A stretch of 35,143 nt of DNA from Planctomycetota bacterium (GTDB lineage: Bacteria > Planctomycetota > Phycisphaerae > Sedimentisphaerales > Anaerobacaceae), in assembly GCA_022567055.1 (NCBI GenBank), contig JADFHU010000001.1:1-35143 (forward strand), in the 5' to 3' direction. Position 1 is the stretch's first letter, and each line of letters opens with the position of its first letter. The notes beneath the pieces are model-generated. The model made no database searches. It was not told the DNA's origin and was given only the letters and a program-made list of their open reading frames with translations. The position numbers were made by a program, and so were the translations under genes. This document shows positions 8,410 to 16,764 of this stretch, piece after piece.

Positions 8410-8886
8410 CTACCGTTTATTCTTGAAAAAGGTGCGTAGCTGCTCCGAGCAAGCCTCGGCGAGGACATCCGATGTGATCCGCACGCTGTGGTTCAGGCGG
8501 GAATCCTGCACGATGTTGTACAAACTGCCGCACGCACCCGTCTTGGGATCATGGCAGCCGAAGACCAATCGATCGATCCGAGCCAGGACCAAGGCCCCGG
8601 CGCACATGGCGCAGGGCTCCAGCGTGACGTACAGGGTACATCCCTGCAAACGCCAGCTCTCCAGGGCCGAAGAGGCCTGGGTCAGGGCGATGACTTCCGC
8701 GTGGGCCGTCGGATCTTGAAGCTGCTCTCGTTGATTGTAGGCCTTGCTGATGATTTGGTCTTCATGGACGATCACACAACCAATGGGCACGTCCCCGTTG
8801 GTCTCGGCGATGTCCGCTTGAACAATAGCCATGCGCATGTAGCGGTCATCATCGCTGTTGATCAATGGAAGATCGCTATAGTCCAT
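8410..8886 (-). CDS. tadA: tRNA-specific adenosine deaminase TadA
   Basis: 158 aa. CDA-fold zinc motifs HAEVIAL and PCAMCAGAL, with size and layout typical of TadA. Confidence 0.9.
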   Translation of the reverse strand: MDYSDLPLINSDDDRYMRMAIVQADIAETNGDVPIGCVIVHEDQIISKAYNQREQLQDPTAHAEVIALTQASSALESWRLQGCTLYVTLEPCAMCAGALVLARIDRLVFGCHDPKTGACGSLYNIVQDSRLNHSVRITSDVLAEACSEQLRTFFKNKR

Positions 8887-8944
8887 GCATGAAAAGAGGA
8901 ATGATCCAAGGTTTGGGGACGGATCCTGACAAAGAATAAAAAAG

Positions 8945-9017
8945 TATCCCCAGGGGGAGTCGAACCCCCGTCTCCAGGATGAGAACCTGATATCCTAGGC
9001 CACTAGACGATGGGGAC
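8945..9017 (-). tRNA. tRNA-Glu (anticodon CUC)
   Basis: Minus strand is GTCCCCATCGTCTAGTGGCCTAGGATATCAGGTTCTCATCCTGGAGACGGGGGTTCGACTCCCCCTGGGGATA. It folds as a cloverleaf closely parallel to the E. coli tRNA-Glu layout. Anticodon loop is TTCTCAT. No encoded CCA. Confidence 0.9.
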
Positions 9018-9021
9018 ACTA

Positions 9022-9186
9022 TAAGGCTTTGTCAGAAAACTCCGTCGTCGGCCCGAGAGCGAGCGTTTTTTCGCCTGGCAAAGACGGCGAAGCAGGCGAT
9101 GTTGGTTTTATCGTCGATACAGCCGGATGCAGCCAGGCGGAAAACAAGCCGCTCGAAGCCAGATCGAGTTTTCTGACACAGCCTAG
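9022..9186 (+). repeat. Rod-repeat family, subfamily A copy (165 bp) filling the tRNA-Met/tRNA-Glu spacer
   Basis: TAAGGCTTTGTCAGAAAACTC ... GAGTTTTCTGACACAGCCTAG. It starts 4 nt from the tRNA-Glu 5' end and ends 7 nt from the tRNA-Met 3' end. Confidence 0.92.
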
Positions 9187-9193
9187 CACGTAG

Positions 9194-9267
9194 TAGCGAC
9201 GGGTGGACTCGAACCACCGACCTTAGGCTTATGAATCCCACGCTCTAACCGACTGAGCTACGTCGCC
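9194..9267 (-). tRNA. tRNA with CAU anticodon (elongator Met, or Ile2 if lysidine-modified)
   Basis: Minus strand is GGCGACGTAGCTCAGTCGGTTAGAGCGTGGGATTCATAAGCCTAAGGTCGGTGGTTCGAGTCCACCCGTCGCTA. Anticodon loop is TTCATAA. It is not initiator-like, with no C1xA72 and no GGG/CCC anticodon stem. There is one A31/G39 mismatch. Confidence 0.8.
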
Positions 9268-9286
9268 GAGTATAGCAAAGGTGCCA

Positions 9287-9316
9287 ACTATAGCAACCGC
9301 TCAGTCACGCTGTCAA
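9287..9316 (-). promoter_or_regulatory. Candidate sigma-70-type promoter for the tRNA-Met / repeat / tRNA-Glu unit
   Basis: Minus strand reads TTGACA-N18-TATAGT. The -10 box ends about 19 nt upstream of the tRNA-Met 5' end and overlaps the stop codon of the PEP-CTERM gene. Confidence 0.5.
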
Positions 9317-9917
9317 ATACTTTGCCCAAGCGTCTTCTACGGGAAAGTGTGAGTGTCCCGAGGCCCAGCAGCAGGAAGGTCGCCGGTTCGGGAACCGGAC
9401 TGGTAGGGACGACATGGATAAAGGGTTCGGGTTGAGGCCGCGACCCGCCCGGCGCTGAGAAGCTGTTGCTGAAGAAGGTGGCCGCCGTGGGCAGGAGTTG
9501 ACTCGAGCCGCCGCCGCCACCGCGGACCAGGGCCTCCTCTTCATAATCATCCTCTGCATCGATCGGGTCATACACGGCAACCACGACCTTGGAGCTGTCC
9601 AGGTGGACCTGCGTCGTACTGGACTGAGGATCGCTCACATCGCCCAACCAATAGGCGAAGCGATACCCCTCCTGCGCTACGGCCGTCAGAGAAATCTGTG
9701 AATGGGTCGCATAGGTGTGAATGCCGGAACCGGGTTTCATCGTCCCACCCCGGGCGGGGCTCTGCTCCAGCAACAGTTCCACTTGGGTCTGGCAGCGGGC
9801 ACTGTTCAAGCCAACCGACAGGGCAAGCAGCAGCATAGACAGAACCTGCCTTGTCCGGAATACTCCGTGCCACGTCATTGGATCGCCCCCGCTCGACATC
9901 AATTGCCCCCAGTTCAA
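9288..9917 (-). CDS. PEP-CTERM sorting-domain protein
   Basis: C-terminus PVPEPATFLLLGLGTLTLSRRRR is the PEP motif plus TM plus basic tail. N-terminal signal peptide LSMLLLALSVGL. The true start is probably an internal ATG (M7 or M14). Confidence 0.8.
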   Translation of the reverse strand: MNWGQLMSSGGDPMTWHGVFRTRQVLSMLLLALSVGLNSARCQTQVELLLEQSPARGGTMKPGSGIHTYATHSQISLTAVAQEGYRFAYWLGDVSDPQSSTTQVHLDSSKVVVAVYDPIDAEDDYEEEALVRGGGGGSSQLLPTAATFFSNSFSAPGGSRPQPEPFIHVVPTSPVPEPATFLLLGLGTLTLSRRRRLGKVFDSVTERLL

Positions 9918-10131
9918 CCGATGGCCCTAGTCTACCGCATTTGGACATCAGATTCAATGCGGAAAGGATCTGAATCCGGTGCAACTTGTGACAAAAAGCA
10001 ATAGGGCCTGTCCGGCGTTCTGGCCGACGTGATTTTGGGACCCGAAGGGAAAATAGAGGGGATGGGGGCACATTTTTTTTCCCCCAAACAAGACCCGCGC
10101 GGGGATGTTCGGGACCGATAACGCCGATCGG

Positions 10132-11322
10132 TCATTGCACCTCTAAGGGCGCGAGTCTCTCGGCCGGTATCGTCTCGACGCGCAGGTTTCCATAGACCAC
10201 CTTGTACACGCCGCCAGAGACTTTCCAGCGCAGGAGCACCTGCTCTTTGTCACCCGGCGCCACCTTCCCACCGAAGTAGGCTGGATCCCTGTCCTCTGCG
10301 TGGAGGCGCCGGTAGAATTCGCTCAGCCCTTGGATGGGCATCATGATTTCAATCATGCGTTTCATCCGGTCTTCTTGGGTCATATTCCTCTTTTGCGCGC
10401 GCAGCTCTTTGGCGGCGGGCGTGTCACTTTTTTCGTAGCGCCCCACCTCCTTCATCATGGACATGAGGTCCAGATGCTCGGGAAAGGTCCCTCCCAGGTT
10501 GGCGAGAAGCTTTAGCCCCTGCAGGGCCGTTCGTTCATCTGCTCGAGGCATCGCCATGGGCCCACCGCCGACCGACTTGTAGTCCGGGGGGATGACGGGC
10601 TCGAATGCCCCGGCCTCCGCGACGACATCCCACTCGATGTGGGAGACGGTGCTGTGCAACTGCCTGTCGTTGGGCAGACTGACGGTTTTTTCAATTCGAA
10701 TGGGCAGCCATGTCTGCGTTTCCACCCACAGTCTAACCTTTACCGCGTCGCCTCTGCCCCCCTGCAAATAGGCGGGATCTATCGTCTGGAAGCCTTCAAC
10801 GGAGACCCCATCGATCGATGACGGACGCAGACGAGTGTACTCGCAGGCCAGCAGTTGTCGGACGATAGTGGTGGGGTCATCATGTTCTCGCCGCATACGG
10901 TCCACATAATCCGCCTCACAGATCAACTCTATGTACTGTTTGTTCCCGGGCAGAAGGGTCGTCATGCGCCGTTGGCCGGCGGGTAGATACTTTACGTTGA
11001 CGATCGCGCTGTCTGAATTGGGATCCTCGATTCTGCTGCTTATCTTTACCCCCAGGGCGGGTGAAATCAACGCGCGAAATTCGACGGTCTGTCCTTCCTT
11101 CTGCGGATCATTCCCGCTTGCGGCGTTGGTCAGGGTCATTTGATATGAATAGGCCTCGACCTGCTCGATGCGAGTCAGGACCTCGTTCAGCGTCACCCCG
11201 GAACTGCCCCTAAGAAAAACGACTCCCAGGAAACCGGCGACTCCCACCAGAGCGGCAATGCCAAGTGCGACGGATTGTTTTGTCATCATCGGATCTCCCA
11301 TGCCAAGACGACCGCCCGGCAC
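10132..11322 (-). CDS. Hypothetical membrane-anchored periplasmic protein
   Basis: GTG start with AGGAG 6 nt upstream. N-terminal TM ALGIAALVGVAGFLGVVFL. No family recognised; a LolA/RseB-like fold is only a guess. Confidence 0.6.
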   Translation of the reverse strand: MPGGRLGMGDPMMTKQSVALGIAALVGVAGFLGVVFLRGSSGVTLNEVLTRIEQVEAYSYQMTLTNAASGNDPQKEGQTVEFRALISPALGVKISSRIEDPNSDSAIVNVKYLPAGQRRMTTLLPGNKQYIELICEADYVDRMRREHDDPTTIVRQLLACEYTRLRPSSIDGVSVEGFQTIDPAYLQGGRGDAVKVRLWVETQTWLPIRIEKTVSLPNDRQLHSTVSHIEWDVVAEAGAFEPVIPPDYKSVGGGPMAMPRADERTALQGLKLLANLGGTFPEHLDLMSMMKEVGRYEKSDTPAAKELRAQKRNMTQEDRMKRMIEIMMPIQGLSEFYRRLHAEDRDPAYFGGKVAPGDKEQVLLRWKVSGGVYKVVYGNLRVETIPAERLAPLEVQ

Positions 11323-11339
11323 TGTCGGCTCCTGCTACG

Positions 11340-11564
11340 CTAGGCTCTTTCTGAAAACTCCGTCGTCGGCCCGAGAGCGAGCAATTTTTTCTTTGGCTGT
11401 ATTAGGCTGCTGGCGCAGCCGCGTTTCGGACAAAGGAAGCCGCTGTTTTCGCCTGGCAAAGACGGCGAAGCAGGCGATGTTGGTTGCATCGTCGATGGAG
11501 CCGGATACAGCCAGGCGAAAAAAGGGCCGTTCGAAGCCAGATCGAGTGTTCAGACAGAGCCTTA
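11340..11564 (+). repeat. Rod-repeat family, subfamily A copy carrying a roughly 58-bp internal insertion (225 bp)
   Basis: Same termini and core as the other A copies. Extra segment CTTTGGCTGTATTAGGCTGCTGGCGCAGCCGCGTTTCGGACAAAGGAAGCCGCTGTTT sits in the left arm. The copy ends 2 nt from the tRNA-Arg 3' end and starts 18 nt upstream of the 11322 start codon. Confidence 0.9.
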
Positions 11565-11566
11565 CA

Positions 11567-11640
<74 letters not shown>

Positions 11641-11662
11641 GGCGTTAATTGACAAACGAACT

Positions 11663-11691
11663 ATGTAAGCATGCGAGCAAGAATCTGTCAA
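11663..11691 (-). promoter_or_regulatory. Candidate promoter for tRNA-Arg
   Basis: Minus strand reads TTGACA-N17-TTACAT, about 22 nt upstream of the tRNA 5' end. The geometry matches the tRNA-Met candidate, but the -10 box is weak. Confidence 0.3.
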
Positions 11692-12004
11692 TGGCGTCGC
11701 ATCCTTCCACCCAAGATAACTGTTGCCACCGGCCTGTGTGCCCGGGATGCGCCCGAGCTTGATTTTGTCCCCGACCGTGGCTGTTTTGGCTTGATTTGTC
11801 GGCCTGACGATGGTTAGATGACGACGGTAGGCATGAGCGGTGTTGCGCTCAGACACTTCGATTACTGTGGTAAGCACGTATGAAAAAACGATGTGCCGTT
11901 AGCAAATCAGCCGGAAATGGCGTTGCGCGCACAACCCGCCTTGGCACTATGTTCTCAAGTGGTGGTCATACTCCGTAGACCAAAAAGGGTGACGATAACC
12001 CTGT

Positions 12005-13864
12005 ATGAGCGAGCAGCAAGACTTCATGGAATTGGCCCAGCGTGCTCAGAAAGGCGACAAAGTCGCTTTGGACCGTCTGGCTGAGCTGTCGGTATCGCGG
12101 TTACATGTGTACGTGTACCGATTAACGCTGCAAGAAGACTTGGCTCAGGATATTGTGCAGGAGACGATGTTGGAAATGGTAAAGATTCTAGGCAAACTCA
12201 AGAGGACAGACCGATTTCTCCCCTGGTTGTATGGCATCGCGACCAACAAGCTGCGCCACTACTATCGATCTGAAGCCACTATGAGGCGGGCAACCTCGTC
12301 CAAATTAGATCAAGAGCAGGACCGTGAATCACGCGAGGAGGGCTTGCATAGCCTTCTCAATCAAGAACTCAGAGAGATCATCACCGGCGCCATTCAAGGA
12401 CTCAAGACCCGGCACCGGGCCGTCCTTATCATGAGGTGCTATGACGGCATGTCCTATGCGGAGATCGCCGAATCGATGGGCTCCACAGAGTTCGGCACAC
12501 GCATGCTCTTTATCAGGGCGAAGAAGTCGCTGGAAAAGCAGCTGTCGCGCAATGGCCTTGGTAAGGGGGCGCTGCTGAGCGCGTTGGCCCTGTTCGGGAA
12601 GATGACGGCGCCCAGTAAGGTCGCCGCGGCTGAAATCACAGTCACGGCTGCCACGACGAAGGCCGGTCTGGCTGCGACGGCTTTGGGAGCAGCGACCGGC
12701 AAGGCAGGGCTTCTTGTGTCGGCGACCGCTGCCGGGGTATTGGCCGTGGGGGTGGCGACCGGCACCCTGGAGGGCCTCATTGGAACGGGCGCGGATCAGC
12801 AGACGATTCGCCCATCGAGTCAGTTCGTGCAAGATCTGGCACGCTCCGAGGCGAGTATCGAGAAGAGCTACTATATCCTGCCGAGCGGAGGGTCCGGGAC
12901 GCTCATGTTCAGTGCCCGAGGACAGTCCGGCGGTACAGGCGCGATGGATTGGATGATCCTGCAGGATCGTTCGGACAACTACTTCTACGATGGGAAAGTG
13001 GTCCACCGAAACAACTTCCGTGCCTGGACACGGAGGGTCATGCGGGTGCCCACGGACAGTCAAGAAATGACACAGTTCCTGACAGAGGTGGAAGGCATCT
13101 CCAGCAGAATGCGTCATGTCGGCACTGGCGGGAATTGGCTGCTCGTGTCGGTCATGGATGACCTGAACCAAGATCAGCCCTTACAACAGGTTGATCGTCA
13201 CCAGCCCGCTGTCATGGATGAAGATTTCCTCCAGGCCGATTGGCCGACGGATACGCCTATCGTGGACAACCGGGATGACATGCACAGGCGCGGCTGGACT
13301 TATTTCAGTGTGACGGGATACCTTCAGGGAGAGTCCATATCCGGAACCGGGCGAGTGCCCTTCGTGTATACGGTCCGTGCACAATACAGTCCTTGGCTCA
13401 GGTTGAGAATGGGAGACTTGAGCATTGTTGACTCCGCCCAGGGGGCCAGAGCTTTTGATGAGTCGACGGGTAAATCGACTCGCTATCCTGCCGGCACCTT
13501 TTTCAGCGGGATGCTCAGGCCCTGGACGGGTTTCCACACCATTGATGTGATTCGACGCGCTGCGGCCGAGCGAGAGATTGCGTTTGAAACGCGCTTCATT
13601 GACGACCCCAAAACAGCCTACGTGACACTCAGTTGTCTAGAGGGGCTGACTCTCGACTACGAGGTAGATCTGCTCAGAGATGTCCTCGTCAGAGTGGATA
13701 TCAAAGAGCCGAACGGCGGCGCCGGTTGGCTGAGCTTCGACTACCAGCAGACTCTAAACACCCATTTTACCGCACCAAGTGTCACAGCCTCGCGATCAGG
13801 CCAAGCAGCCAGAATGGGAGGCCTGTGGCTTGAGAAGCTGGTTGCCGGTCAGTTGGTCGACTAG
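12005..13864 (+). CDS. ECF (sigma-70 family) sigma factor fused to an Ala/Gly-rich transmembrane segment and a roughly 360-aa C-terminal extracytoplasmic domain
   Basis: Residues about 1-185 carry region 2 (DIVQETMLEM...FLPWLYGIATNKLRHYYR) and region 4 (RHRAVLIMRCYDGMSYAEIAESMG). LLVSATAAGVLAVGVATGTL follows as a TM segment. The large C-terminal domain matches no family I recognise. Confidence 0.8.
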   Translation: MSEQQDFMELAQRAQKGDKVALDRLAELSVSRLHVYVYRLTLQEDLAQDIVQETMLEMVKILGKLKRTDRFLPWLYGIATNKLRHYYRSEATMRRATSSKLDQEQDRESREEGLHSLLNQELREIITGAIQGLKTRHRAVLIMRCYDGMSYAEIAESMGSTEFGTRMLFIRAKKSLEKQLSRNGLGKGALLSALALFGKMTAPSKVAAAEITVTAATTKAGLAATALGAATGKAGLLVSATAAGVLAVGVATGTLEGLIGTGADQQTIRPSSQFVQDLARSEASIEKSYYILPSGGSGTLMFSARGQSGGTGAMDWMILQDRSDNYFYDGKVVHRNNFRAWTRRVMRVPTDSQEMTQFLTEVEGISSRMRHVGTGGNWLLVSVMDDLNQDQPLQQVDRHQPAVMDEDFLQADWPTDTPIVDNRDDMHRRGWTYFSVTGYLQGESISGTGRVPFVYTVRAQYSPWLRLRMGDLSIVDSAQGARAFDESTGKSTRYPAGTFFSGMLRPWTGFHTIDVIRRAAAEREIAFETRFIDDPKTAYVTLSCLEGLTLDYEVDLLRDVLVRVDIKEPNGGAGWLSFDYQQTLNTHFTAPSVTASRSGQAARMGGLWLEKLVAGQLVD

Positions 13865-14047
13865 CTTTATCACCACACCTGCATTTCTACCGCAAGAGGC
13901 GGGACGTCCAGGGACTAAATGCGCGCCGGCAGAGACCAAGCGAGAGAAAAAAACGGTGGTCTAAGTTCTTCAGAATCCTGGTCTTAACGTCGATAGGGCT
14001 AAAGGGACTGCGTTGACTGTGTCACCTTAACGTATAATAGAGGAACC

Positions 14048-16564
14048 ATGCGCAAAACGGGCTTAACACTCTTGGCAATGTCGCTGCTGATCACGGAATG
14101 GTCTGTGAGGCATGCCGAGGCCCAATTCTCCCGGCCATCGACTGTGACCGTCTACAACGACGATTTTTCATCAAACCGAGTCCGTTACGACAGTTGGACG
14201 CACTCGGTCATTTGGGTGGAAGGGGCCTTCCCTCCCCCCAAGCCCTACCTGGTCTACAGCAGCCAGGGCAACTTTGACAGGGAGTTGGTCTTCAGGTCTT
14301 CGGGCGGGATTCCCGCCAAACTGGGCTATTGTTTTCCCATCCAGCCGGACCAGGTCATGAGGGCCATTCCGCTCGAACTCACCCTTGATGTGGACGTCCG
14401 CCTGCTGGCCCAGAGCCCACCTCGCCACAGCGGCTCGAGCTATCTTCAGTACCAAGTGTCCGCTGACGGTGTGAGTTGGTCCGCTCCGACCTTTATGTTC
14501 TCTGGACGGCATAGCCTGTCGTTGGGGGGGCTGCGAGACAACCGGTATGTGCTGTTTTCGGGCGCCAGTGTGGCGATTGACAATCTAAGGGCAACCACTG
14601 TCTATCGTCCTGCCTCTGCCGGAGATCTGCGGGTGCCGGGTGTGTGGCCTACGATTCAGGATGCCGTTAATGCGGCCGGTCCCGGCCAGCGGGTAGTTGT
14701 CGCCGATGGGGTGTACCCGGGACCGATCAATTTTCGCGGCAAGAACATCGTCGTCATGAGTGAGAACGGGCCCGACGATTGTACCATCAATTGCCAGGGA
14801 CGGACCACGGGTGTTCTCTTCGTGCAGGGCGAGACACGATCGGCGGTCCTGGATGGCTTCACCATCGTGGATGGCAGGGAAGAGCAGGGCGGCGCTATCT
14901 TCTGCCATGGGAGTCAGCCCACGATATCCAATTGTATTATTCAGGGCTGTCGGAGTCTGTACCCCTTCGGTCTCGGCCAGGGCGGCGCGATCTACTGTGC
15001 CCAGGCGATGCCGCTAATACGGGACTGCCTCTTTCTCGACAACCAGGCCGGCGGACGAGACGGTGGGCAGGGGGGCGCCGTCTACATTGCGCAGGATGCC
15101 GCCGCGGACATAGTACGCTGTCGATTCGAGAATAATCGTACGCTGGAAGGCCCATCACCCAGGAACTCCGGCGGTGGGGTCTTCGTCAATACCTCGAGAG
15201 TCACTGCCCAGACGCTCGGCCAGAGTGTCCTGCGTAACTGTGTCTTCTACAACAACTATGCCGCCGATGACGGCGGTGCCGTCTATCTCCGGGATTGCAC
15301 CTCGCTCATCGCCAATTGCACCATCGCCGGGAACAGAGCGGACAACAACGGCGGAGGCATATTCGCCTACCTAAGCTCGTCGATGTCCGCCATGAACTTG
15401 GTCAAGAACTCGATCGTCTGGGACAACTCGCCCGACAACATCACCAGGTCAGGCTCCTACTCGGCATGGAATCTGGTGGTGGAGTTCAGTAACGTCGGTC
15501 AGGGTTGGGACGGACAGAGCAACATGAATTCAGACCCACTCTTTGCGGATCCCGGGCAAGGGGATTTTCACTTGCGATCCTACGCGGGAAGATGGGATCC
15601 CAATCAAAAGCAATGGGTACATGATCTTCAGATCAGCCTCTGTCTGGACGGCGGAGGTGTGCAGGATCCTGGCGGGGCCGAGAGGATTCCCCACGGCGAT
15701 CTGATCAACCTGGGGGCGTATGGCGGAACCGCCCAGGCAAGTAGGGGCAACGGTCCACTCGTGCTGCATGTGGCCAAGGGGGGAGATGACCAAAACGTAG
15801 GACTGTCGAGATCGGAGCCCTTCGCCACCATACAGGCGGCGGTTGAATGGTCCCTCGACGGGTATGTCGTCATGGTTTGGCCGGGAACCTACGAGGAGCA
15901 AGTTGCCTTTAAAACGAAGGCGATCACCATTCAGAGTGCAGCCGATGCGGCTGTTGTCCGCCCCGCCCGTGGATATGCCTTTTCCTTGCACTCGGGAGAG
16001 GGGTCCGACAGTGTGTTGCGGAACATGATCCTGGCCGATTGTCCGGCCGGCGGCGTTTTCTGCACGTCTTCCTCTCCCAGGCTTCATAACCTCACCATCG
16101 TTAATTGCGGGATCGGCATCAACGCCGAAGAGAATGCCTCCCAGACGGCGGTGGCCAACTGCGTCTTCTTCCGCAATTCCGTTGCGGATCTGCTGGGTTG
16201 CACGGCGACCTACAGTTGCTCTCCCAGCCCCCTGGAGGGCCAGAGCAACATCCAGGCCGATCCCCTGCTGATGGATATAGAGAGGGGAGATTATCACCTG
16301 CAGTCCAGGTTCGGCACATTCTCGCCCGGTCAAAACGTCTGGATCAGTCGGTTCGGCCTGAGTCCCTGCATCGATGCTGGGGATCCGGAGATCGACCCCG
16401 GCGCTGAGCCGCCGGCCAATGGCGCACTGCTCAATATGGGGGCGCACGGGGGCACGGGCCAGGCGAGTTTGAGTCCGACCTTTGTGGTAGGGGATTACAA
16501 CGGGGACGGTGTCATCGATCTTGAGGATCATATCCTCTTTGCTCGACAGTGGCAGTCCCCCTGA
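14048..16564 (+). CDS. Secreted right-handed parallel beta-helix repeat protein (two modules) with a dockerin/EF-hand-like C-terminus
   Basis: Signal peptide MRKTGLTLLAMSLLI...AEA. Two runs of beta-helix-type repeats each end in DPLFADPGQGDFHLRS / DPLLMDIERGDYHLQS ... SPCIDAGD. C-terminus is GDYNGDGVIDLEDHILFARQW. Confidence 0.75.
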   Translation: MRKTGLTLLAMSLLITEWSVRHAEAQFSRPSTVTVYNDDFSSNRVRYDSWTHSVIWVEGAFPPPKPYLVYSSQGNFDRELVFRSSGGIPAKLGYCFPIQPDQVMRAIPLELTLDVDVRLLAQSPPRHSGSSYLQYQVSADGVSWSAPTFMFSGRHSLSLGGLRDNRYVLFSGASVAIDNLRATTVYRPASAGDLRVPGVWPTIQDAVNAAGPGQRVVVADGVYPGPINFRGKNIVVMSENGPDDCTINCQGRTTGVLFVQGETRSAVLDGFTIVDGREEQGGAIFCHGSQPTISNCIIQGCRSLYPFGLGQGGAIYCAQAMPLIRDCLFLDNQAGGRDGGQGGAVYIAQDAAADIVRCRFENNRTLEGPSPRNSGGGVFVNTSRVTAQTLGQSVLRNCVFYNNYAADDGGAVYLRDCTSLIANCTIAGNRADNNGGGIFAYLSSSMSAMNLVKNSIVWDNSPDNITRSGSYSAWNLVVEFSNVGQGWDGQSNMNSDPLFADPGQGDFHLRSYAGRWDPNQKQWVHDLQISLCLDGGGVQDPGGAERIPHGDLINLGAYGGTAQASRGNGPLVLHVAKGGDDQNVGLSRSEPFATIQAAVEWSLDGYVVMVWPGTYEEQVAFKTKAITIQSAADAAVVRPARGYAFSLHSGEGSDSVLRNMILADCPAGGVFCTSSSPRLHNLTIVNCGIGINAEENASQTAVANCVFFRNSVADLLGCTATYSCSPSPLEGQSNIQADPLLMDIERGDYHLQSRFGTFSPGQNVWISRFGLSPCIDAGDPEIDPGAEPPANGALLNMGAHGGTGQASLSPTFVVGDYNGDGVIDLEDHILFARQWQSP

Positions 16565-16671
16565 CCTGACCAGCATCCTCCAGAATTCCCTGAAACGGCC
16601 ATCTCACCACTGATCCAAGCGCTTTATCCGGAATAAGTTCCCCAAACGTCCGAAAAAAGCAGCCAATCTGC

Positions 16672-16700
16672 TTGCACAGCTTCCGAAAAATCCATACAAT
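16672..16700 (+). promoter_or_regulatory. Candidate sigma-70-type promoter (TTGCAC-N17-TACAAT)
   Basis: It is a good hexamer and spacing match. It overlaps the only in-frame ATG (16699) of the downstream ORF, which bears on start-codon choice (see findings). Confidence 0.4.
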
Positions 16701-16764
16701 GAAGCGATCTCGGCAGGGATGCGCGCGAATAGACACCGATAGGGATTCGTTCGGAGGCGAGCTG

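Noticed and set aside
16641-16676. A hairpin AAGCAG-CCAAT-CTGCTT with a T6 tract on the minus strand as a terminator.
   Set aside because: No minus-strand gene lies upstream of it. The stem is short. It overlaps the candidate plus-strand promoter region, so it is likely incidental.
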